A DNA stretch of 64,000 bases, from contig OZ296656.1 of the NCBI GenBank assembly GCA_965655095.1, forward strand, positions 33,976,001-34,040,000, read 5' to 3'. Both the position numbers and the translations under genes were made by a program. The notes below the pieces were generated by a model. It saw only the letters and a program-made list of their open reading frames with translations, was not told where the DNA came from and made no database searches. This stretch comes from Haplodiscus bocki. Its lineage: Eukaryota. Shown here piece by piece: positions 13,282-22,704 of the stretch. Positions within the stretch are counted from its first letter, which is position 1, and every line of letters starts with the position of its first letter.

Positions 13282-13685
13282 CTCGTCATACATGCACTCT
13301 TTGTCGGGTGAAAGGAGAGAGTAATTATCTCTAGCCAAGTTTGCAATACCAGATCTGTTAGTTGCTTTCAAATATTCGTCCATTCTCTCGCTATATGGAA
13401 ATACGGATGTGGTAGCTCCAATCTCAGCACCCATGTTGCAGATTGTTCCCATGCCTGTACAAGATATGCTCTCAACTCCAGGTCCGAAGTATTCCACAAT
13501 GGCACCTGTTCCACCTTTGACAGTCAGAATTCCAGCTACTTTCAGAATGACGTCTTTCGCAGCAGTCCAGCCAGACATGGATCCAGTGAGATGCACACCA
13601 ATCACTTTCGGGCATTTAAGTTCCCAAGGGATGTTTGCCATGACATCGACGGCATCGGCTCCACCAACGCCAATTGCAACAGCAC
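13282..13685 (-). CDS. ACO2: Mitochondrial aconitate hydratase, exon 2 of 4
   Basis: Acceptor aatag|GT GCT; [26 protein letters not shown]; ends YDE at a GAG|GCAAGT (GC) donor. Confidence 0.93.
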
Positions 13686-13854
13686 CTATTCAAAATTAAT
13701 GAGTTTTACTCGCTTCAATATAAAAAAATTGATGAAAATACTGAATCATTTCAGTGAAATAGCTAAACGCGTACAGAAAATTACATAGCAGCTTTTTCAC
13801 AACCATGTCTAGAATTAAAATTCTTTTTAGAACTCTGATTCATAAATCACATAC

Positions 13855-14425
13855 CCAATCCACCGGCATTCGGGGTGTGACTGTCAGTACCGATGAGAAG
13901 GCAACCTGGAAAAGCATAATTCTCAAGAACAATTTGATGTATTATTCCTGATCCAGGTTTCCAGAATCCAAGACCGTATTTTGCACCAGCAGAGGCAAGG
14001 AAATCGTAAACTTCTTTGTTTATATCCTTAGCTCTGGCCAAGTCTTTGTCCCCGCCAAGTTGAGCTTCTATCAAATGGTCGCAGTGGATAGTACTGGGAA
14101 CGGCAACTTTCGGAAGACCACTGGAGATGAACTGGAGTAATGCCATTTGAGCAGTAGCATCTTGAAGAGCCACTCTGTCAGGTCTAAGTTTTAGGTAGCT
14201 CACTCCCCTTTCAATTTCTTGGTTGACGGGATCATCCAGATGACTATACAAAATCTTCTCAGAGTATGTTAGAGGTCTTTGAAGACGCCCTTTTACTACT
14301 TTTAGGTTACTTTGCAATTTGTCGTACGATAAGTTACTTTCCGGTTCATGGCGACTCATGGCCACATTCGAGAGCGATCTGTTCCATGTTCGGAAGAGAG
14401 GGCTTTTCACTAGACCCAATTTCAT
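13855..14425 (-). CDS. ACO2: Mitochondrial aconitate hydratase, exon 1 of 4
   Basis: Transit-peptide-like N-terminus; [44 protein letters not shown]; donor G|GTATGT. The four exons total 2313 nt = 770 aa + stop. Confidence 0.95.
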
Positions 14426-16308
14426 TGTGCACTGAAATCAGCGACACGCAAAAAAATCATCAGAAAAGTCTAGAACTATCTATTGCTAATTCCTAACTCA
14501 ATTAAAAAGCATATTATTTGAGACTGAAATTCAAAAAGAAATCCTCTTCTATAATTAAACGAACAAACTAGTTCAATAATGAAAACTATACTGCAAATGT
14601 AACAATGCTTAAGCTCCAAAACAACTCTCTCAACTGCTTTAAAAACACCATCAACAACCTTTTCAGCTCAGTAATTTCGGTCAAATTTCAGATTGTTGTT
14701 GCTCTGTTCTGAGAGGAAGCTGATTCTGACTCAAATACTCGGAGACAAATGGACGTCTGGTTGATAGGTAGCAGACACTACGAAAATATGCTTCCCTCAA
14801 ATCGGAATACTGCTGCCGCCCTAAATGAAATCTGTTTTTCTCCTTTTTAGAAATTTTCTCTAGAATTCATTGATTTATTGCTTTCAATTCAAAAAAATAT
14901 TTATCAAGGAAAAATTATCCAATCTTGAACCTTTTTCAAAATTCTTGAGCTCATTTTTCGTAGATTTTCTTGCAGTAATTTCTATTGAGAAGTCCCTCAT
15001 TGAAGAGGGTAAGGACCTGTTATTGGAGCCAGTTCGCTCGAAACAGCAGTTCCGTCAAGCCCCACAAAACAGCAGAAACTATCAGCAACCTCTTAAACAG
15101 CAAATTAATTGAGACTCTACCCGACTTTAATTAACCGTGCTTTCATTCTTGAAATCCTATTTAGAGGGAATCCATAAAACAAACCGACATTCAGTCTGTG
15201 GCGCAACATTGTGAACAATGCAGTTACAACACACATACGGAACATCCGATAACCCGAAATTATTTGTATTCTGATCGAATTACAGCAGCCTAATTGCTCT
15301 GATAAACTCATTAAAGTTTCATATCATTTATGAAATTTGCCCACGAAAGCACGGCGAAATTCTGTGACAGACAATGAGAGCAATGATGGGTCAATTCATC
15401 TCATTCAAGGCACTGGGACTGGTCCGGACGCCAAAGATTGTTGCGTGGACATCTATATGGTTGCCAAAGGGCATACCGAGAAACTTCATTGATTGCCCTT
15501 TTATGTGGTTTTTGCGCTGTATCGGGGTTTGTAGAGTGCAAAACATCACCAGCATGAAACAACGCCGATATCACGAGTTTACTTTTATCAGATTCAAAAG
15601 AACAGTATGGTTGACGTGACAACATCCGCATTTCTGGGGTTGAGAATAATCATGAGGATGTATATGAGCGTGTGGTGGAGGCGGCAAACGATATCAGAGT
15701 GACTATATCCAAACAAGAGATCGGTGTGTGTCATTGCCTGCGCTCTAAAAATCCTGTATCACGCCCAATAATTGCAAAGTTTGTCCGACATGAAACCGAA
15801 TTTCGCGTTATAACACATAAAAGACATTTTAAAACGAAAATTGAAAAAATTGTTTTGGTGACTATGTAACACCTTCGCGCGCAAATCAAAGAAGAGCCCT
15901 TCGCCAGCTCCACGACGTGAAATATGATGTTATATCTGAGGAAGACGTAGCTCGAACTATGTCCAATATTGAAAGGCTGTTTTCGAACAATTTTTATGAT
16001 TCACGTAAATGGGACATGGAATTTGTTGAATCTGTATCTAACGCGTTTGGGCATTCTCGGTAATGTATTTTTCAAAGAAACGATCCCACCCAAAAAAACG
16101 ATCGAAAGTAAAATAAAAATTTACGAAAGACACTGAAAACAGTCGAGAATTCAATGAAAGCCTAATTTTTGTGATAAACTTATTAAATAGATTTTTCCCT
16201 TCGTTTTTCACCGCGTTGTTTGTTTATAGATAAATTGCGCGCTAGAGCCTGGACTTATCTTCTATCCCAAGTCCCGTCGCTCTAGCCGTAGACGGGTGAA
16301 GTCTGCTT

Positions 16309-16920
16309 ATGGTGTTTAGACTGATTGGTGCCAGCTCTTTGAGAAACTGCAAGACAGCTTTTCGATCAGAGACTCCTTTCAGTCGCATCGACGCCGAGGG
16401 AGGCCTTTCCTTCAACCCTCGAAGCAAGTGCAAACTTGCCCAAGAGTGGCTCCAAGGAGAACTTAGTGGAGCAAGTGGATTGGTTATCTGGCACGACGCT
16501 GTCAATAATACAATCAACAGCCACGAAAAAAACGACTTCCAACCGTGTCCCATTGCAGAGTTTATCCAAACCTTAGTATCGCTGAGATCACGCATCACGG
16601 CAATGGTTTACATACAACGAAATGACACTGATAACGTGTTGACAGCACTCAAAGAAACCGGCATTGACATCATCGACATCGAATCGAAGGTTGACTTGAC
16701 AGACAAAGAATTCGAATCTGAACTCCGAAAAGTCCATCCAAAAGTTACAACGGAATTGAAGGTATTGCAAGCCGTTACAGACCATATTAAAGAAGTGCTA
16801 TCATCCAACATCACAGTTGCCCAACAGTTGAAGAAGAAAAAGAACAACCGTCCAAATCGGCGACAGCGACAACGCTTCCAGAAAAGAAACGCAGGTAGTC
16901 CTCTAATTCGAGCTCTCTGA
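16309..16920 (+). CDS. Element-borne ORF0, 203 aa, divergent SGNH/GDSL esterase-like protein with a basic C-terminal tail
   Basis: Intact ORF inside the insertion; LIGASSLR, GGLS, VIWHDAVNN and VHP resemble SGNH blocks I, II, III and V; tail KKKKNNRPNRRQRQRFQKR. The fold assignment is by motif eye-match only. Confidence 0.6.
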   Translation: MVFRLIGASSLRNCKTAFRSETPFSRIDAEGGLSFNPRSKCKLAQEWLQGELSGASGLVIWHDAVNNTINSHEKNDFQPCPIAEFIQTLVSLRSRITAMVYIQRNDTDNVLTALKETGIDIIDIESKVDLTDKEFESELRKVHPKVTTELKVLQAVTDHIKEVLSSNITVAQQLKKKKNNRPNRRQRQRFQKRNAGSPLIRAL

Positions 16921-16943
16921 TCTCCTCAGTGCCTTGAGAGAAG

Positions 16944-17040
16944 GATCTCTGTTGGCGAGAGCTTGCTCAGTGCCTCGGGTCTGATCTCTGTTGGCACGAG
17001 CTTGCTCAATGTCTCGGGTTCCTGATCTCTGTTGGCGCGA
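16944..17040 (+). repeat. ~39-41-nt tandem repeat (2.4 copies) between ORF0 and ORF1
   Basis: gatctctgttggc..gagcttgctca.tg.ctcgggt units start at 16944, 16983 and 17024. Confidence 0.9.
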
Positions 17041-17076
17041 GAAGAATCTCCTAGCAATTCTGAACTCCGCCATAAT

Positions 17077-18113
17077 ATGCCGAACATCATGAGTCATAAT
17101 CACAATACGAGATTGACTTCGACCAAGTACCCTGGTGGTGCATGCGCAGGTGAATGTAAAGACGGCTCGGTAGCATGTATTCTGTGCAATTCATGGTATC
17201 ACGCAGGTAACTGCTCAGGATTACCATCAAGCATCTTGATGGCCATGTCAAAAACCTCTGGACTGGTGTGGCTGTGCAAATCTTGCAAAACGAAGGGTAT
17301 GGAACGGTTGTTGAAAGACGAGAAGCAAATTGACGCTAAGGCGCAGGAAACGATTGTTGCAAAGGTCAAGGAAGACAAACTCGATGAGATTAGAGACACC
17401 AACACGAAGCTGATTGAAGATAAACTGTCACTTTTCCAACAAAACTTTGAAGCTAAACTTGAAAACTTACTTTCAGGAGACCGAAAAAGCGCACAGAGCT
17501 GGCCCGAAGTTACCCAACGGAATGCTCCCTTGGTGAAAGGTTTGGGAACCATCATGAAAGAGACGATTGAGAACGAAAGATTGGAACAAGCAGATCAAGA
17601 AAAACGGGAAAAAACGTCATCTTTCATCGAGTACCTGAGAGTGAAAAATCGGAGGCCAGTGCGAGAACTGGAGATGACATCAAGTTTTTCCAACAGCTCA
17701 CCGAAGACGTACTAGGTATTGGTGACCTCAAACCAACAAAAGCAATCAGACTTGGAGCAAAGAAAACATCAAAGGACAGCGACGGTACTACTGCAGAACG
17801 AGTGAGTTCAAGACCACTGAAGATTGTATTGCCTTCCAAGGAGGATCAGGACTTACTTTTCAAAAATTTGAGAAAGTTGAGAGCAGCAGACAAATCATTC
17901 GCTTCAATCAGCGTTTCATACAACTTCTCGCAAGATCTGAGGAAGCAGACCAAGTTGAAAATTGAAGAGGCCAAAAACAAAGATGGAGAGAATGCAAAAA
18001 ACTACATGTACAGAATGAGAGGACCTCCGAACAGACTAAAGGTACAGAAACTGAAGCGGAAAGAGGAATTGTCAGCGGAGAGCCTAGACGATGCCTTCGT
18101 CGACAATCCTTGA
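17077..18113 (+). CDS. CR1 ORF1 (PHD finger, coiled coil, RRM-like C-terminus), one frameshift
   Basis: CAGEC...CILCNSWYH...C...WLCKSC PHD finger. Adding one A to the A6 run at 17609-17614 gives REKNVIFHRVPE...IRLG...RPLKI, continuous with ORF 17802-18113. Confidence 0.85.
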
Positions 18114-20972
18114 AGTTTTTTTTTCCAATACTGATGCGATGCCAAACAAAAAGGAGGAAATAAGTGCAAGGCTAGTAAGTGGGAAGCCGGATGTTTTCGG
18201 CTTGATGGAAGTAAAACTAAAAAAGCATGGCTTTGTGATGGAGGAAGCAGATATCGCTTATGAAGGATATGACGCATTCTACAGCAAACAAATTAACAAC
18301 AAGGAACATCGAGGTACAATAGTATACGTTAGGCAGGATATTGGGCTTCAGTCTAGTCGAGTTGAGATCAACGGATGCCCAGAAGACACTATTCTTGTTC
18401 AACTTTGTAACGGAAAAAAAGAAAAAATCTTGTTCGGGTGCGTCTATCCTCCCTGGAAAGCAGATACCCAAGAGCAACAGGCCTTAATGAACACTCTTAG
18501 AGCTGTATCACACATGAGTTTTACGCACGAAGTTATCGTAGGAGATTTCAATTTCCCGAAAATTGATTGGTCCTTGAACTGGAGACCGCTTAATGAGAAC
18601 AGTAACGAGCACTCATTCACTGAATTGGTAAGGGACTGCTTCTGGCACCAACACGTCCAATTTGCAACAAGAGGCAGAGGATCTGATGACCCTAGCATTC
18701 TTGATCTTGTCTTCACGGATGCAGATACAGAGATCGACGACATGCAGTGCCAAGCTCCTTTTGGAAAGAGTGACCATTCGGTGATTTCTTTCGAACTCTC
18801 CCAGGTGGAAAGAACACGCTGCAAAAAAGGAACAAGATGGAAGTATGCTAAGGGAGACTACGAAAGCATGCGCGAGGTACTGTCAAACAACCACTGGGTT
18901 GATGTACTCTCTACTGCCCCAAGCGTCAACGAAGCATGGAATCTTGTAAAAGAAAGAATCAGCGCAGCAGTAGAAAAGTTTGTGCCAAAAGCCATTTCCG
19001 GATCCACAAAACAGTTTTCGGTTCCCTTGGATAAAGAGCTCTTACAACAAATCCGAAAGAAGAACAGCCTCTGGAGAAAATACCTCAGAGTCAAAACAAA
19101 AACAGCTTACAACAAGTTCTGCAGAGCGAGAAATGATTTCCGGAGTCGAACAAGGTCCAAAGCTAGAGAAATTGAAGACGAAATTGCCCGGGAAGCAAAA
19201 CGAAACCCGAAGAGATTTTGGACCTTTGTGAACTCAAAAGTTAAAGCCAGAACTGGCATAAGTGACCTCGTCTTGGAAGACGCAGAGGTAGTATCCTCAG
19301 ACACCAGAAAGGCTGAAGTCTTGAATACCTACTTCAGCAGTGTTTTTGTAGAAGAGAAAACCCCTCCCCCGGAAATTGACGAATTTGTTGTCGACTCATA
19401 CATTGAGGAGCCCCTCATAACTGAATCAGCCATCAGGAAGAAGTTGGCAGAACTAAACAGGACAAAGTCACCGGGCTTTGACGAAATCCATCCTCATGTG
19501 CTTGCCGAACTGTCAAAAGTTTTGACTGAACCACTGCAGATCATTTTTTTAAGCACCATTGCTGAAAGCGAGCTACCCGAGGACTGGAAGGAGGCGAGGG
19601 TGACAGCACTCTTCAAGAAAGTTGACAAAAAGAAAGTGGAGAACTATCGACCGGTCAGCCTAACATGCATCGCATGTAAAGTACTAGAAAGCATTATCAG
19701 AGATGATATCATTTCCCACCTGACGTCGAACAACTTGATTTCTGATAGACAATATGGCTTCGTGAAAGGACGATCGACGAGTCTACAATTGCTGAAAGTC
19801 TTAGAAGAGTGGACACAGATTCTTGATAGAGGAGGAGGCATTGACTGCGTTTATTGTGACTTCCAAAAAGCCTTTGATAAGGTTCTATATTGGAGACTGA
19901 TGGCAAAGATCTGGTCATACGGAATTCGAGGAAAGTTATACCGATGGATAGAAACTTTCCTAACAAAGAGGAAGCAACATGTGGCTGTCAACGGTCAAAA
20001 CTTGTCCAAAAGTCTAGTCTTGAGTGGAGTCCCGCAAGGAAGCGTTCTAGGGCCACTTCTTTTCCTGTGATCTTCATAAACGACATACCTGCAGCTGTTG
20101 AGAATGAAGCATGGATGTTCGCAGATGATACAAAGATCTACCAAGAGGTGAACTGTAAGGAAGATGGTGAATCGCTTCAAAATGACCTCTACAGGCTTGA
20201 AGATTGGAGCAAAAAATGGCTGCTGCCGTTTCATCCGAAAAAGGCAAAGATCCTAAAGTTTGGAAGAGCCAAGAAGCTTGAACGAGAGTACTACGCCGAG
20301 CGAGGGAAACTACTACTGATCTCAAGCGATAATACTGAGACGGACTTAGGACTGACATTTGACACAGACCTGAAAATCGAAAAACACATTGCGAATAAAG
20401 TCAATAAAGCCAATCGATTGGTTGGCCTCATCAAACGGACCTTTCAATTGGATATTTTGAAGTTCAGATTCCTCTTCCGAGGCATTGTTAGACCGCACCT
20501 AGAGTACGCCACTTATGTATGGAACCCCACGTCAGTCAAACTCCAAAACCTCATCGAGAATGTGCAAAGAAGGGCTTCAAAACGTGTACATGAGTTAAAA
20601 GAGCTATCTTACGAAGAGAGACTGAAAAAACTTGACATGCCAACCTTAGCATATAGACGCTTGAGAGGAGATATGATTGAAGTCTTCAAAATGCTTACCA
20701 ACAACTCTGGGTACGATCAATCTGTGACGACAAGTCTGCTGACCCGTGAGGGGCACAATAGGACCAGAGGCCACGCACTGAAGCTGAAAATGAATAAAAG
20801 TAGAACTAGCCTTAGGAAGCATTTCTTCACACAGAGGGTGGTGAAAAAGTGGAACAACCTCCCTAGAGAGGTTATCGAATCCGTTAACACCACTACATTC
20901 AAATCAAGGCTGGACAAGTGCTGGGAGAAAAGAAAATTCATGTTGAGACCAACACAGATGAAGTTGCAGTGA
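18091..20972 (+). CDS. CR1 ORF2: apurinic endonuclease + reverse transcriptase, one frameshift
   Basis: VGDFN, LDLVFT, SDH (APE); NYRPVSLT, DFQKAFDKV, SGVPQGSVLGPLLF, FADDTK, VRPHLEY, RTRGH, FFTQRVV (CR1 RT). Frameshift at ~20065. Confidence 0.95.
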
Positions 20973-21016
20973 GGTCCAGTAACACTTGCAGTGAAAGAAG
21001 TCACTAGCATTGGGAG

Positions 21017-21067
21017 CTGTGAATAGAGGACTACCTGCTCACAGTACTGAACAGATGAACAGATGAA
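21017..21067 (+). other. LINE 3' stem-loop plus microsatellite tail
   Basis: CTGTGA (21017-21022) pairs with TCACAG (21039-21044) around an inner AGG/CCT stem, followed by TGAACAGA repeats; typical of CR1/L2 3' ends. Confidence 0.7.
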
Positions 21068-22376
21068 TGGATTTTTCACGTCGGTATTCGTTTGCTTAGA
21101 AAGTACTTTTGTAATTAAGAGCTATATTAAAACTTTTTGGCAATAATAGGCCATATATTGTAGGTTTTTCAGAAGAATAGTTACCAATTGTAAAAGAACT
21201 TCAAATGTTACAACTAAACAATTACTTGCCTATGATTTTTCACCTTGGTTTCAACGGAAAAGTCGGTGTCGTCGTTTATCTACACGGATCCGTCGAACAT
21301 GGCGTGGTATGCAGTAAAGCAAAGCCTTGTCACAAAATCATTGAATCAGCTAATAAGAACAACCAGTGTGTTGTTGTGGTTTGAATTGCTAGTAAATGAC
21401 ATTCCCAATTTAATAGTCTCCCCAGTTTTTATTGAACGCGAGTTGAAAGTTGATCTTCTGCGACAAAACAATTTGTCTAGTAGTCTAGTACTAGTCAAAA
21501 AACTGCAGCATAACGGAGTGACGCAACTACTGATGAATGCAATATGAAGTACCATAGATTCAGCAACTTGATTGATCATGTATTTCATAACCATTCCTTT
21601 GACAATCCTGACTGCGGTATACTTGATGCTGGTTTAACTAACCACTGTGCAATTTCTGTGAAACTGTCATTCGGTTGTTAAAATTATGATGATACTGAAA
21701 CTACATTTAATATTTTTCCTTTCATTCTTAAGGAAAATGCCAGAGAAGTTTATTTGGAACAACTTTCAAATAAACTAAAAATGCCCCATCTCTATGTTGA
21801 CCTTGATGAAAAATTTCAGATGTCCTTTGAACCCCTACAAAGTAGTAGTGAAATAAGCAGATCTGTAAGACAATGGAAAAAGAAAAATGTAAATCACATC
21901 AGTTTAGTAAAGAAATCAAAATCTCTATCTGTAAGAAAAACTTGCATTAGAGTGCTTCAGAGAATTACCAACGGCTTCGAAAAAAACAAGACTCACACAA
22001 ACCAGTCAAAAACCAATTTTGTTGTTAAAGAAGCCAACTGCAATTTCTTTCAACTGTTTTGTCAAATTGAATGAACAAACCATAAAAGTTCAACAAGTTG
22101 CTTAATGAAAGAACAGGTAAGAGGAGCGTGAAAACAAACATGAATTTTACTAATGAAAACAAAGACACCATCAAATCAGTTGATTGCAGATATGTTCAAT
22201 AAAACATTCTTCAACTTTGCAACTACTGCTGAAGGTCCAACGACACAAGAGCATAAATAAAGTATTGAAAATTTTGATATTAATGATGACAATATGTTTG
22301 CCTTCGCGATTAAAAAGGACTAAGTCTTTTTAAGACGATAGGTAATTTGAAAAACAAAAAAACCATTGGACTTGGT

Positions 22377-22704
22377 GTCTCATCTGAAGTGCTTGAAACT
22401 TCGCTTCCGGTGCCGAATCTTTTTTCAATTGATTTTCCTAATCTATCTATGTCACGCGATTGGTTCCCGAAGTACCTAAGAAACGCAAAAGTTAACCTTT
22501 TACACAAGTCGGAAGACAAAATAAGTATCAAAAACTATACGTCTCATCTGAAGTGCTTGAAACTTCGCTTCCGGTGCGTAATCTTATTTCAATTGATTTT
22601 CCTAATCTATCTCTGTCACGCGATTCGTTCCCGAAGTACCTAAGAAACGCAAAAGTAAATCTTTTACACAAGTCGGAGGACAAAATAAGTATCAAAAATT
22701 ATAC
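22377..22704. repeat. 164-bp tandem duplication inside the dead LINE ORF2
   Basis: 22377-22540 and 22541-22704 are nearly identical, with GTC microhomology at the junctions. Confidence 0.92.

Larger units (their letters stand above)
16159..21067 (+). mobile_element. Young, near full-length CR1-type non-LTR retrotransposon with three ORFs
   Basis: Host-LINE homology stops at 16158 and resumes at 21068; ATGAA direct repeat at 16154-16158 and 21063-21067; PHD ORF1 and APE-RT ORF2; 3' stem-loop and 8-nt repeat tail (TGAACAGA)x2.5. Confidence 0.93.

Noticed and set aside
16241-16306. HDV-like ribozyme in the CR1 5' UTR
   Set aside because: A P1/P2-like pseudoknot is possible, but there is no proper P3/L3, no GG for P1.1 and no catalytic C. 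Kept only as a generic structure.
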